Positions 42,522-56,998 of a stretch of 64,000 bases of DNA are shown here, piece by piece. The number at the start of each line of letters is the position of its first letter. The first letter of the stretch is position 1. A program made the position numbers and the translations under genes. The notes beneath the pieces were generated by a model. The model was not told where the DNA came from and made no database searches. It saw only the letters and a list, made by a program, of their open reading frames with translations. The DNA is from the human T2T-CHM13v2.0 reference genome, Homo sapiens, in the NCBI RefSeq assembly GCF_009914755.1, contig NC_060928.1. The stretch is one strand, 5' to 3'.

Positions 42522-44699
42522 CCATTCTAAATGTGCAGTGCTCTGTAACTGAACCCACATCTTGGCTCAATGCCCAGTGGAAATTTCAGGAACAAGGGAC
42601 AGTGTGTCTCAGTCCATTGTTTCAAATAACTCTCCTTGGCTTCTTTAGGGGGATGAAACAGGCATTCACATTAGGCCAGAAGGTTATTAGATCTCCACGA
42701 GATGCTGCCCAGGTCTGGCTGCACACCGTGAATATTATTCTGTCAACGCAAATGTCCTTAGAATCTGCTAGAATTGAATGACTCTTAGCAGCTTTACAGC
42801 TGTCTTACAACATTTGACATCTCCCAAAAAACGCTTCTTGGCACCAATGAGAATTAGTCACTGGGCTGATTTATATCTAAAAAGTATGGAAAATGAAGTG
42901 GGATAACAGTATCACTGTTTCCATGTATCATGTTTATAAAATAAGTATTGTGTTTTCCCCCCGAAGGCTGGGATTGATTTTTTACGCCACCCACAGCCAT
43001 CCCCCAACTTTTATAGCCCGGGCAACTATAAATAAGTTTAGGAAAATTACTCCTCTACGGTTTCACAAAGCATTTCTTATCTGACTGCCACAGCTGTCAC
43101 TGATCCAAATGCTCTTATTTGGGATGTCTACGGCTGGAAATATTATTGCTTATGTTCTTCAGGGGCTAAAGAACGTTATCATATTATTTTGTGAATTTAA
43201 TTCATTTCTCCTGTTTGTGTCAGGGGTTTTTAATGTCTAGTGATTTCTCAAACATACCAAAATAGATGATCTTCAGCCTCTTCTATGTTGTTCCCTTTTC
43301 TACTGTTAATGTTTATTTATAAACTAAATTTCTGATTTTAAGGGACGACTTTGAGCTTCATAATTTACTTATTATATTTCAATATTCCTAATGTGAACCC
43401 AGAAACTAATTATCATCCTGTTCAATACTATTAATAGTAATAAATTCTTCAAGGTAGTTATTCGGGCTTTCAAAATATTAAACTATAAATATTTCTACCA
43501 GTTCTTCTTTATGTTCTTCTGTTTGTTTTCTTTAAAATTAGATGTCTTTAAAATGTGCATAGACAATGAAATATTGCCTAGAACAAAACACAATGGTATC
43601 CACTTGAAAACCTGTAGGATTTAAGACATTGTATGCAGTTAATTCTGCATGCCAATATTTCCTTTACTATAATTCAGTTTTCTCCTTAGTTGATACTATT
43701 TATTCCATCTGAGAGCCCTTGTTATTTAAGGTGTATATTTTGAAATTGAATAAAAAAGAATATAGTCAAATACTATTTAGGGTACAATAATTAATATTTT
43801 ATAATATGTTATTCAAGATCCAGAAAGATCTACACAAATACAAATTTCATTAAATATTATTTCTCATATATGTAATCAATTCTGTTTTTATTTTTTGAAG
43901 ATGTGACTTTTGGTTTTCTAGTATACTTTGATGACATTCTGAAATAAATAAAAATCATTTTTAACATTATTTTTCCCTTGTTACAAGTCTTAAAATTAGG
44001 TAAAATTGAACTCAGACTTGTCACAGGGATGAAGAAAGACTATTTGTAAAGTCTTTGGAAGAAAAGGCAGAATTTCATTTGAAGCACCCCAAGGTTTCTG
44101 CTTCAAACAATTTCCCCCAAATTACTTGCCTGAGAAATACATCAGCTATTAAGTAAATGTCAAATATTGGAGAAAAAGTCAAAATTATTTTGCAAACACC
44201 GAAAGTCATGGTGAAAAATATGACAGATCTTATAATGGGCAGGAATGTATTTTACATGCATTTTTCACAACTCTCTAAAGACTGAAAAAAAAAAAAAGCC
44301 CACAGAGTCAGATAGAAAGAAATAGAAAGCCCAGCAATTAATTTGAGGATTTGATCAAAATAGACGTCAATGTACATACCTTCAGCCAAACTTTTCATTT
44401 TTTCCACAATAGTACTATTCTTTAACTAAGTTCTTTTCTCCCTCTGAATTGTCAGAATAATTTTTTCAACTCAAGCCTTTCCCAACTGCAGATTAACCGT
44501 GGATTATTTCCAGTACCTACCTACCTAAACTTTTTCTGAGTATCTCAGTGTCATGTTGTGATTGGTTTAAAATGACTTCTTCTTTTTCTATTCACATCAA
44601 ACCGGGGAACAATATGATCAAGCATCTTTCAAAATAGAAAATTGCTGGTATTGCTAGAGACAATCGTGTTCATATTGCAGGATCATGTTAATATTGCAG

Positions 44700-45350
44700 G
44701 AAGTCTTTGGATGAGTTCTGAAAAGTCAGGAAGGAATCACAAGAATAGGTGCTGCAAAGGGAGCATCACCAAATGAAACTTTTCTTTCTTTGGATCAAGA
44801 GGCCTTGGTTTAAAATTAGCTAGTGATTACAGAAGTAATCAAGTCAAATAAAAGGTTGAGACAATAAAATTCAATTAGATTTCATACTAAAGGTAATGGG
44901 AAGCTACTGGAAGGTCTATACTAAAACAATGGAAAGAGAATTTAAGGAGATGGTTTTTACAAGACAAATTAGAAAGGATGATACCAAGGGTAGAAATAGA
45001 CTGAAAGTACTGCCATGATCCAGGCATGGAGTGCTTGGTGCTCAGGCTGTGGCAATAGCTGTGTAAAAGCAGAGGAAGAGATGAATCTCAGAGACATTTA
45101 AAAAGGAAATACCTATAGAAGCTGGAGATGAAGTTTTTTTTTCTTCTCTTTACCTAGGAACTGAGACGCCTGGGAAATGGTATCATTGACAGCCAAGGAT
45201 GGTTAAGCATTTTTTGATGTTCCAACTTTGTATTTATGCAACAAATAATTGGAAAGTATCTGTGTGCCAGGGTCTAGGTGAGGGCAATAGGAGTAATTAA
45301 AAACAATGAATGTGGCATTGTTCGTGCCGTGAAGGAGCTCAGTATGTGTG
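44700..45350 (-). mobile_element. L2 fragments
   Basis: GGTAATGGGAAGCTACTGGAAGG and related antisense L2 motifs. Confidence 0.55.
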
Positions 45351-45601
45351 GGACTTACAAGCCTATGAAAATAGAAATATTCGCATCCAAGTGCCTCTAG
45401 AACACAGTACTCTGTTTATTCTTAAAAATATATATCCTAAGGTTTAATAAGGCAGAAGAATTTTAAAATTATCTCGGTTGTTTTGCTTTAATAGTAATCA
45501 TTGTTTCAAGAACTAAAAGTTGCAATGAAATTCCTAAAAAGAGATATGAATATAAAATCAAAAACTTAAAACCCTGTAATGTTAAATTAAGTTGAAAGTA
45601 C

Positions 45602-46276
45602 TGTCATCCAAAAGACCATCAGGATGGTGAAATAATAGAAAAGAGAGTTTTATCGGTGATGTCAGCTTGAAACTGTCTCAAGAGAGAGAATCTGCAGCAT
45701 GGACCCAGGCTGCTCTCTTTGAAGAGGGAAAGGGCAGGTTGGGTTTTATGCCTCACAGGGCCTGTACCACACAATAGAGTCAGAGATATTCGGCAGGTTT
45801 GGGGATAAGTTATACATGTCGATGAGGGCAGCTGGAAAGGCAAAAACATGCACGAAGGGTAAGTAGATATGTAACATACATCCCATGTTCACTTTGGGGC
45901 TGGGTTTTAGCATGAAAATGAGATGGAATTTGGCTCTTTATGTTAAAAAGATGCATGACAGGACAGGAAGACAATTTGCACACAGTCTCTACAAGCTGGC
46001 TGAAACTGCCTTAAGATCTGCAGTTGTTTATCAGAAAAGAATGTGTGTAACGCCGGACCTCTGTCTAATCAGTGTTGTAGCCATCTGGGTTATAAATCGG
46101 AGTTAGGAATTTGCCTGATGTCTCCTGTTGTTAAGGAGTAAGAGGGTGGTTTATAGCTGTAGGAATTTAGGAAGTTGCCAGGCCAGCCAAGCCCTGAACC
46201 CTCGACCCATAGGTAACTTTTGTTTTCTTAAACTTAGGGCCCGTCTTAGTTGATAGATGTCTATTTTGATCTCTCA
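45602..46276 (-). mobile_element. ERV1 solo LTR (MER39/MER34 group)
   Basis: Minus strand begins TGAGAGATCAAAATAGA...ATCAACTAAGACGGGCCCTAAG...AAAGTTACCTATGGGTCGAGGGTTCAGGG; ends in CA. Confidence 0.65.
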
Positions 46277-46332
46277 AATTGCAATACCAAATTATAATTT
46301 TGAAAGTTAAATTTTCTAGCCCTCCATATTGA

Positions 46333-46701
<369 letters not shown>

Positions 46702-47199
46702 TCGTATTTTGTTTTTAAATTATCATTCCACACTGAAGGAAGCAGGGCCCATTAGGGAGTAGGTGATTCTTGATGGAGAAATAGGGAGACAGAGATGGGG
46801 GTGGGGCCAGCTGAGTCTTATACATCATGAGTGTCTTAAATACCACGAGAAAGGAAAGTCTAGGACTCCCGAGATTATGTAAAAAGGACACAGTGGCAGC
46901 CTGACAGGTCTTCCTGTAGTTCAAACTAATTCCAGCATCAACAACAACAATAACAAAATAGCTATAACTCATTGAAATTCATTACATACATACACATCAT
47001 TGGTCAATGGTAATGCTAAAAAAAGATAATGTAATCAAACAGATAAATAATATACCAATTCTTTATATGCTTTCTTGGTATATTCTTTCTGTACTTTGAA
47101 AGTTGGTAATTAAAAGATGAGAACAAAATATTCATTCTGCTTTTTAAATAAGAATTTTAGTTTCAAGGTTAAAAAAAGGTGATCCTAATTGATAAAGAA

Positions 47200-48100
47200 A
47201 GCTTTTATTTGCAGAAGAATGCCAGTTAAAAATGTAACAGGAATAGAATTGGATAATCATTTTGCTAATCATAATGAAACAACTTAAGGAAGAAACTTAG
47301 TGGTGCTAACATCTTTCATAAAATGTTGGGAAACGGAATATTCACACAATGCTGATTATCTCTCCACAGACTACTTCATATTTTCAGAGGAGGAAACATG
47401 TATTTATAGTGGAAAGGTCTGACTGTAACAAAATTAATCCAGTATTACCACTAACTAATAGGACTCCTTAGACATTCTGTTAATGAAATGCAACCGGAAA
47501 CACCAATTTTCTCCATGAACTATTATATTATGAAAATACAACCAGACAAATACAGGAAATAGAACATCACACAATATCTGGCTGATGTCTTTAAAAATTA
47601 ATAGCTCAGGGAGAAAAAGGATGTAAAAACTATACTTGACTTAAAAAGACAAGTGACATAACAAAAAAATGTATTAAATGCTTTTTGATCGAATCCTGCT
47701 TAGAAAACAAGAGTTAAAACAGACATTGAGGAAACTTGAATTTGGGCCACGTATCTGGTATTAGGGAATTCCTGCTGATTTTGTGGGGTGGGTACAATAA
47801 AGCCATGGCGATCTCATGGGAGAGCACTTCTGTTCATACTGAAGAATTCAGGAGAAAGTGTCATGACATCTGGAAGTAACTTCAAATGATTTAGCAAACA
47901 GATAGGAATAGCAATATAAATATGGATATTCATATAGAGTATAGATCTACAATATATACCCTACTCATATAGCGTACAGATCTACATAAGCTAAATATCA
48001 ATAATTGTTGACTCTGGATAGTGAGTATATAGGTTTTTTTGTAGTATATTTTTTGTTTTCCTGTTTGTTTTAAAATTACTATAATAAAATTTTTTTAAAG
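47200..48100 (+). mobile_element. Old L1M (L1ME/MC) 3'UTR fragments
   Basis: Diverged motifs (CATACTGAAGAATTCAGG...TGTCATGACATCTG, ATAATTGTTGACTCTGGAT). Confidence 0.5.
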
Positions 48101-49607
48101 AATGCATATGTTCATAATGCCCCAGAAGGTACTTGGGTAACAATAAAAAAGATACACTGGCCCCATGGTCTCAAGGCCTTTGCCCTAGAGATGCAAATAA
48201 TCTACTTCTGGGAATGAAGGTCAAAGAGATAAAAATTTAACTTGGGATAATTAGTGGTTCTAAGGGAAACTCCATTATTGCAAACACTATAATAAATACC
48301 TGTGAAATGAAGAGTATGCGACTGTTCCAACATATATTTTTAGGGTTTAGAGTGCTTAGATCCTAGAGGATACTCAACTCTGGAGATTCTCTGGGTGTGA
48401 TTTAAGAGTGGGATGGCCCAGATTGGACCTATGATCCTTTCCTTGAGCTTTCCTGGGGCCAGGCTGCCCCTGTTGAAGTCTTCCAGGCCAGGGAAGGCTG
48501 GGATCCTACCTCCCGATGCAGATATTGCAAGGCCAAAGTAAAAGCACCAATTCTCTTGAAATTTACTTCTGCTTCCAGGACAGCAGGGGAGAACTTCCAA
48601 AGGTCTCAGAGACTGGGTCACACTGTGCCCCACATCACAGCTCCCTGGCATGTCAGGTCATCCTAATAAATGCAATCAGCTCAGTAACACCTGGGCACTC
48701 TGTAAATACCCTCTCACTGGGAAATTACATGAGAAAAAACATCTTGTCCTTAAACTTCCACCTTGAGTCCAAGTTCTGTAAATCAGTCGTGCATTCAACA
48801 GCCTCTTTTTAGCCATTCCAGTCTTATGACTGACTCTCTGCTTCCTACTTCTTTGAATATGAATTTCAGTGAGAATCAATTATTTTACAGGAAAAATATT
48901 TTTCACTAGGCAGGAAATTCTTTTCATCTTACTAAAGCTGGCACATAATAGTTTAGACATTTCCATTCTCTAAAGCAGAAAACATCTAGTGCATGGCCAT
49001 TACCCCAACCACTAAAGCATAATGCTCTTGAGGTAGAATGTGCTAGTATTTAGGAAACTCATTAAGTCAGAAAGTACTCACTGAGCCCCTATAGCCTGGA
49101 AAGTACAGCACTGATCACTTAAGGAAATCATCAATATCAGACTAACTCCAGGTCCTTAGGGAGTTGCAAATATTTATGAGAGAGAAGGTAATCAGCCTAA
49201 GATCAGTCTTCCTTGAATGTAGCCATAAAATATTTATTTTGCTCATATAGATTTTATGCTTTGTTTCTTTAAAAGCTAAATTCTGAAAGTTAAAACAATG
49301 CTGTTTCTGATAATGCTATGGTTGTACTTTCTGATATCTTTTATTTTTAGATACTATGAATGAAATCTTACCAAGTGTCATATTTAGTTACTAAACAAAC
49401 TATGAATAAACCATCAGCATTTCCAGCATGTGGATGTTAGCATTAAAGAGTAAATTCTGATTCTTTTAGGTCAAAGCTGTTGAATTGAGGCCATAGTTTC
49501 AGAAAATGGATCACGTAGTCTTTATGTGTTTCATTTCAAATTATGTCTCTATCAACCTTTACTAGATCATGTATATTGAAGCTTCCATACAATCTCCATT
49601 TAGTATC

Positions 49608-50300
49608 CGCTGTGGTACAAATGTCTGTGTCCCCCGGTACTTGGCCATTTTCACACAGCTATAAAGAACTACCTGAAACTGGGTAATTTATAAAGAAAAG
49701 AGGTTAATTGACTCACAGTCCGCATGGCTGGGGAGACCTCAGGAAACTTACAATCATGGCAGAAGGCAAAGAGGAAGCAAGACACATCTTACATGGCAGC
49801 AGGAGAGAGAGAGAAAGCAAAGTGGTAAGTGCCACACACTTTTAAGCAATCAGATCTCGTGAGAACTCACTCACTGTCATGAGAACAGCAAGGGGGAGAC
49901 TGCCCCCATGATTCAATCACGCCTCTCCCCCAAGACATGGGGATTAAAATTCCAGATGAGATTTGGGTGTAGACACAGAGTGGAACCATATTACCCCCTC
50001 AAATTCATATACTGTAATCCTAACTCCTAGGTGGTGGTATTCGTTGGGAGGGCTGTCTAGGGGGTAATTAGGTCATGAGCACAGACCTGTCATGAGTGGG
50101 ATTAGTGTCCTTATAAAAGAAGCCCTGGAAAAGCTCTCTTGCCTCTTCCTTCTGCCATGTGAAGTTAGAGTGAGATGGCTGTCTATTTCATGCTGGGATC
50201 TTAATCTTGATCTTCCCTGCCTTCAGAACTGTGAGAAATAAATTCCCACTATTTATAAGCCATCCAGTCTATGGTATTTTGTGGTAGTAGCCCAAAGGTG
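49608..50300 (+). mobile_element. MLT1A-type LTR split by a THE1/MST LTR
   Basis: GCTGTGG...ATGTCTGTGTCCCCC, resumes CCCCCTCAAATTCATAT...CAGAACTGTGAGAAATAAA...GGTATTTTGT. Confidence 0.82.
49636..49993 (-). mobile_element. THE1D/MSTA-like solo LTR nested in MLT1A
   Basis: MaLR LTR sequence flanked by TSD CCCCC. Confidence 0.88.
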
Positions 50301-50950
50301 GTACCCATGTGATACTTCATAAATAAAAAGTTGATTATGCCACTCCCCTGTTAAAATGCTGTTATTGATTTGTACTGAGAACAGGATTAAAAAAAAAAAA
50401 ACCTCTTCAATGTGGCCTCTTTAACGTGGTTTACCACTGTGGCTGCACCGAAATCACACTTGTTCTTACCCCTCACTCCAGCTACCCAGGTTCTCTTTAG
50501 CAAAGACAGGCTACAGGGTCTTGGCAGGTCATGTTCGATCCACTGGGAAGGAAAAACTCTTTTTTCCCCAGTTAGTGCCTGCTTATTTATTAGCTCTCAG
50601 CTGAGTAATTCCTTTCTCCCTTACTCCCTTGCCCTGTGTGTGGGCATTGCTCTCTCCTCGAAGGCCTGCAGTCATCTCCCTGTGCCTCATGCAAAACCAA
50701 CCTGCAGCAGTGGCCCTGGTGATGGTTCACAGAAGCTCAGTTTGCGCTAGCTGGAAAGTGACCTCAGGTGATTCCTATAAGCTTGGAAGCAGCGATACCT
50801 CTGGGGCTTCAAGGAAGTGCCTATCATCAGAGACATATTTCCCCCAAGTCTGCCTCTTTTATATTTTATGTCATTTCCCATTTTAACGCATTCATATTCC
50901 TCTGTATCTCTTTCAGGTTAAATTCCAGATTCCATATCTGACCCAATCTA

Positions 50951-51021
50951 TTAGGTTGGTGCAAAAGATTTTGTCATTAAAAGTAATGGCAAAAACCAAG
51001 ATTACTTTTGCATCAACCTAA
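50951..51021. mobile_element. MADE1 mariner MITE
   Basis: TA|TTAGGTTGGTGCAAAAG...CTTTTGCATCAACCTAA|TA; 71 nt, left arm shorter than the 80-nt consensus. Confidence 0.92.
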
Positions 51022-52057
51022 TACAACCTTCTGCAATATGTAATCAATCTCTCAACTAATCAAGTTATAAGATTAAGCTCAGTGATTTTGAGGGAGCCTG
51101 CTGGAAATCCTCTAAAGATGTTTCAAATATTATTTTTGTGGCTAGTTTTGTATTGTTGGTAATAAAAGTTTTTGAGAGACTTTCCATTTCTAAACACAAA
51201 TCAAATATCTCTAATTCTTCTAGGAAAGAGACCATAAAATCTCTTGATTATAATAAAATTTTGCTCTCTCAATTTCTAATGAGAACCATGGTAGTGAAAA
51301 TAATTTTGGTATAGAAATTGTTTTGATGTTTTAATAACTAATTATCTGTATAGTGTCTGGCTTCCAGAATTTCTTTATAAATAATTCTGATGTTGATTAG
51401 CCATGTGGTTGCTAACCTTGTTCCAAGTGCATCACAAATTCAAATTTTACAAAAAATTAGGAGGAATTATGTGATCCACATGAATCACTGATGCCCCGGG
51501 GAAAGTTTTCGATGGAAACCTCACAATGTGGGAGATTTGGAGAAGAAACTGACTACATAAGGTATCTGCTTTTTAAAGGAATAGTTCTATTTTGGGAAAA
51601 TTTTTCATGCCATAGAGAGGATGTTCCATAACTCACTGCAGAGACAGAAAATCATGAGAGTTCCTTTGTGTTTCTATCATAAGACAGAAGAATGTGTACC
51701 ATCCGCAACATAAACCCTAAGTCCTACACTGGGATAACTTCCCTGAAGTCTTGGAACAGCGGTTCATAATAATTATAGCTGAGCGAGGGGCACCCTCTGC
51801 TTGAGGCGGAGAAACTAATACTGACCTTACAGACCAGGTTCTCTTGTTTTGTGTTGTTGAAAGGCTTTTTGCAACCCATCATTCTCCACCATGATGAGAA
51901 ATTTTAGATCTAGTTCATAAATGCAATTAATGATAGAAATGAGAACTTATTGTTAGATTCAGAATTTCTAAAGTACCTAGTGAGAACCTAGTAAGAAACA
52001 CAATCATTCTTGACTGTGCATACAGTTAAGATCGTCTAATAGTGGAGAGAAACAAAG

Positions 52058-52150
52058 ATGGAAGGGAAGGAGGGAGAGAGAAGAGGGGAGGGGTAGAGGA
52101 GGAGGGAGAGAAAGGGAGTGGAGAGAGAGAGAGAGGGAGACAGGAGAGAA
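52058..52150. repeat. GA-rich polypurine tract
   Basis: Seen directly. Confidence 0.9.
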
Positions 52151-53019
52151 ATTCCTTTTGATCCCTGAATATTATAGAACTAATGATATTATTAAAATTT
52201 AATTTTAAATCTGCATGTGCTTTTTTTATAAGATGAAAGGGAAACTTTGATTAAGTTTCTTAAAGAAGAATTCAATGAAAATATATAAGATGAATGCTCT
52301 GGACTAATTAAATAAAATAAATATATATGCAACAGCACACACTTCTCAAGGGTCCTAAAAGGTATTCTGTTACTTAAAAGCAAAATATTCAGTGATCTGC
52401 ATGTATTTACAGAGTGAATAGCTTCTTTACTGTGGAAGAATGTTTGATTTTTTTACATTATAAGATTTTAGAAATTACAATAACATTTTATACTTCTATG
52501 AATGTTGACAGTATTTTGTTATAATTTCATTAATTATTAAAAAAATCAACTGACTCATAAATTATGATTCCTAAATAATAGCAGAACCTATTTTTTTCCT
52601 ACTGGGCATTTACATTTACTTAGTTTCATTCTTGTAAGTTGACTGTTAATCTCCTTCTTTGTTCTCTTCCAATTTGTCATTAAATATTGGGATCTTCCTT
52701 TAGGGCATACAATCATAAATAAGAGGAAATTCTCCCTGAAATCAAAGGAAGCCTGCTGGAAGATGTTCATTTGTCTGTTGCTGGTTCTGACAGATTCCTT
52801 ATACTTGATGCTTGTTTACACATCGGGGTTCCCCATGTTAATACGTCTGAAAAGCTCTTTTGATACAATCAATTCTGCTGTTATAGAAATGAACTGATCA
52901 AAAGTATCTTTTAAAAGACATCAGTCATCTGGCATATTATTTCCCTTATGGTTTTTCCCATTATGATTTTTAAATATTCTGAGAAATAAAAATTGCTTTA
53001 CTATATGCATGCTACCACA

Positions 53020-53250
53020 TATTTCTATGTCACTCTTCATTGAGTGTGTTAGGTCCTATATTAAGCATTTTGCATTAAGTTCTATTTAATTCTTACGAGA
53101 ACCAAGTATACTGTGTATTAACAGGTCAATATTACAAATAAAGAAACAAAGTCTCACAGGTGCATTTCAGTTACCTGCATGGCCACAAAACCAGGAGTAG
53201 TAATGGAGCCAGCATTTATTCTACATTGGTCTGACTTCAGCAACTGCATT
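53020..53250 (-). mobile_element. MIR
   Basis: TTTAATTCTTAC...TTACAAATAAAGAAAC...GGTCTGACTTCA antisense MIR pattern. Confidence 0.55.
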
Positions 53251-53442
53251 CTTCCAAATAAAGCAGTTAATAATAAAATAATACAAATAACTGGTAAAAG
53301 ATACTTAAATAATTATCTCCATCTATTTAAATAAAATAATTTACATAAAGTGCTTGGTACGGTGTCTAATATAATCATATAATTAAAACAAAAAGTAGTC
53401 ACAACTTCTATTTGAACAGTTACAAAAACTGGGTTTTACAGT

Positions 53443-53845
53443 TGTATTTACCAGAAAAGGTCAATTGCTATAACAACACATCCACAATCTCAATTATTTA
53501 ACAAAATAAAGGTTTGATTCTTGCAGCCGTTAGAGTCCAATGGCTATCAACAAGGTCAGAATGAAGGGGGGAGGCTTGCCAAGCAGTTACTCAGGGACTT
53601 AGGTTCCTTCCACAGAGAGGACCTGAAATCCTTGAAACCCTCCACTGAAAGATTCTATCTTTTCCCAGCAGATATGGAATCACAGGACATCTTGCGAGAC
53701 ATTGTAGGGGTCAGGCCTGAAAGTAGCATATATCACTCCCACTCATATCACATTGGATGGAATTCAGTTGTATGGCCTGCCCTAGCTGAAAGCAAAGCTC
53801 AGATACCTTGTGTAAACATAGAGCTTTGTGTCTGCCCCAGTAAGC
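53443..53845 (-). mobile_element. Old MLT1 (J/K-like) LTR
   Basis: GGTCAGGCCTGAAAGTAGCATATATCACT...CACATTGG...TCAGTTGTATGGCC motifs. Confidence 0.5.
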
Positions 53846-54715
53846 AAAATACATCATCCTCCAAATGAGTGGCGATTGGAGTTTTGGCAGTGTAGTTGAA
53901 ACCTTAGTGAATAGAAATTATGTTAGAGATAAAAAAAAAAATTCCCCCCTTTGAGAAGAAACTTAGTTTTAGCACCCAAATTACAAAATGAACTACCAAA
54001 GATTATGCATTTATTTTAGCATTATAAATGTATGTTACTAGTTTGATCTCCTTTGCAATGCCAGGGTAAGCTGAGTGTTTTAATTACAATGGTAATTTTT
54101 GTAGCACATTTTAATAAAACTGTAGCGTTTCATAAATTTCCCAATTATGACATCATTCTAAAGCACTATTTAATTCACACTTAATTAAATTGGAGGATTA
54201 TGAAATTCGAGCTCATTTTTAAGAATAAAAAACTAATTTTCTTAAAATTATAGACAGTGACATTCTTGAAAGGAAGAAAAAGACTAATGATACTATCTCA
54301 TATCCAAATATACTAGAAGCAGCAGTTGAAGAATTGTCTTCCTGGAGCTTGGCCAATGTATATGATTCGTAAGATACATTACCACACCCTGTTTACAATC
54401 CTTGGCCTGGATTCAACTGGAGACTGCCGATTCCTTCTGAAACAGCCAGAGACTTGTGGCAACCTTATTACAAATTTGGCCTCTTTTTTTTTTCCCACAG
54501 AAACATTTTATCCCCTTTTTCCCAGTACTATGACTCTGGGAAGAGGTTTGTTTCAAGATGGTGGCTGTTTGACCATTCTAATGACTAAGCTCTCAGAAAG
54601 GAGTTCTAGAAGGGAATGTATAACTTTACTACCACTGACATTTTTAACTCAAATCACAAATTTCATTCATCTAGGCATTTATTCTTTCACTCCAGAGTAT
54701 TTTTGTCTTATCTTC

Positions 54716-56998
54716 TGTATTAGTCCATTTCACACTCCTGATAAAGACATAACCAAGACTGGGAGGAAAAAGAGGTTTAATTGGACTTGCAGTTCCACAT
54801 GGCTGGGGAGGCCTCAGAATCATGGCGGGAGGTGAAAGGTATTTCTTACATGGTGGCGGCAAGAGAAAATGAGGAAAAAGCAAAAGCAGAATCCCCTGGT
54901 AAACCCATCAGATCTCATGAGACTTATTCACTTTCATAAGAATAGCATGTGAAAGACAGGCCTCCATGATTTAATTACCTCCCACTGAGTCCCTTCCACA
55001 ACACATGGGAATTCTGGGAGATACAATTCAAGTTGAGATTTGGGTGGGGTCACAGCCAAACTATGTCATTCCACCCCTGGCCCCTCCAAATCTCATGTCC
55101 TCACATTTCAAAACCAATCATGCCTTCCCAACAGTCCCCCAAAGTCTTAACTCATTTCAGCATTCACCCAAAAGTCCACAGTCCAAAGTCTCATCTGAGA
55201 CAAGGCAAGTCCCTTCCGCCTATGAGCCTGTAAAATCAAAAGCAAGCTAGTTATTTCCTATATACAATGGCGGTACAGGTATTGGGTAAATACAGCCATT
55301 CCAAATGGGAGAAATTTGTCAAAACAAAGGAGTTACAAGGCACATGCAAGTCCAAAATCCAGCAGGGCAGTCAAATTTCAAAGCCCTAAAAGGTTCTCCT
55401 TTGACTACAGGTCTCCCACCCAGGTCATGCTGATGCAATGGGTAGGTTCCCATGGCCTTGAGCTGCTCCGCCCCTGTGGTTTCACAGGGTACAGCCGCCC
55501 TCTGGCTGCTTTCATGGGCTGGTGTTGAGTACCTGTGGTTTTTCCAGGTGCACAGTGCAAGCTGTCAGTGGATCTACCATTCTGGGGTCTGGAGGACGGT
55601 GACCCTCTTCTCACAGCTCCAGTAGGCAGTGCCCCAGCAGGAACTCTGTGTGGGGGCTCCAGCCCCACATTTCCCTTATCCACTGTCCTAGCAGAGGTTC
55701 TCCATGAGGGCCCCACCCCCACAGCAAACTTCTGCCTGGGCATCCAGGAGTTTCCATACATCTTCTGAAATCTAGGCGGAGGTTCCCAAAACTCAATTCC
55801 TGACTTCTCTGCACCCTCAGGCTCAACACCAGGTGGAAGCTGCCAAGTCTTGGGGCTTTCACCCTCTGAAGCCACAGTCTAAGCTGTATGTTGGCCCCTT
55901 TCAGCCATGGCTGGATCGGCTGGGACACAGGGCACCAAGTCCCTAGGCTGCACACAGTATGGGGACCTTGGGCCTGGCCCATGAAACCACTTTTTCCTCC
56001 TGGGCCTCCAGGCCTGTAATGGGAGGTGCTGCCATGAAGGTCTCTGACTTGGCCTGGAGACATTTTCCCCATGGTCTTGGAGATTAACACTAGGCTCCTT
56101 GTTACTTATGCAAATTTCTGGAACTGGCTTGAATTTCTGCCCAGAAAATGGGTTTTACTTTTCTATCATATAGTCAGGCTTCAAATTTTCCAAACTTTTA
56201 TACTCTACTTCCCTTCTAAAACTGAATGCCTTTAACAGCACCCAAGTCACCTCTTGAATGTTTTGCTGCTTAGAAATTTCATCCACCAGATATCCTAAAT
56301 TATTTCTCTCAAGTTCAAAGTCCTACAAATCTCCAGGGCAGGGGCAAAATGATGCCAGTCTCTTTGCTAAAACATAGCAAGAGTCGCCTTTCCTCCAGTT
56401 CCCAACAAGCTCTTCATCTCCATCTGAGACCACCTCAGCCTAGAGTTTATTGTCCATATCACTATCAGCATTTTGGGCAAAGCCATTCAACATGTCTCTA
56501 GGAAGCTCCAAACTTTCCCACGTTTTCCTGTCTTCTTCTGAGCCCTCCAAACTGTTGCAACCTTTGTCTACTACCCAATTCCAAAGTTGTTTTCACATTT
56601 TCAGGTATCTTTTCAGCAGTGCCCCACTCTACTGGTACCAATTTAGTGTATTAGTTCGTTTTCACACTGCTGATAAACACATACTTGAGACTGGGGAAAA
56701 AAAAGACATTTAATTGGACTTACAGTTCCACATGGCTGGGGAGGCCTCAGAATCATGGCAGGAGGTGAAAGGCACTTCTTACATGGTGGCAGCAAGAGAA
56801 AATGAGGAAGAAGCAGAAGTGGAAACCCCTGAGAAACCCATCAGATCTTGAGACATATTCACCCTCATGAGAATAGCATGGGAAAGACCCACCCCATGAT
56901 TCAATTATCTCCCCCTGGGTCCCTCCTATGACACGTGGGGATTCTGGGGGATACCATTCAAGTTGAGATTTGAGTGGGCACACAGCCAAACCATATCA
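54716..56998 (-). mobile_element. Full-length THE1 (THE1A-like) provirus: LTR 54716-55068, internal 55069-56646, LTR 56647-56998
   Basis: Two about 352-bp LTRs flanking a 1.58-kb THE1-int; perfect TSD TCTTC at 54711-54715 and 56999-57003. Confidence 0.96.

Noticed and set aside
54798-54813. Possible PRDM9 hotspot motif in THE1 LTRs
   Set aside because: Both LTRs read CCTCCCCAGCCAT on the minus strand, the ordinary variant, not the hotspot-associated CCTCCCTAGCCAC
54326-56989. Longest ORFs in the track (169, 156 and 159 aa)
   Set aside because: They lie within or run into THE1 LTR/internal sequence and are degenerate MaLR remnants
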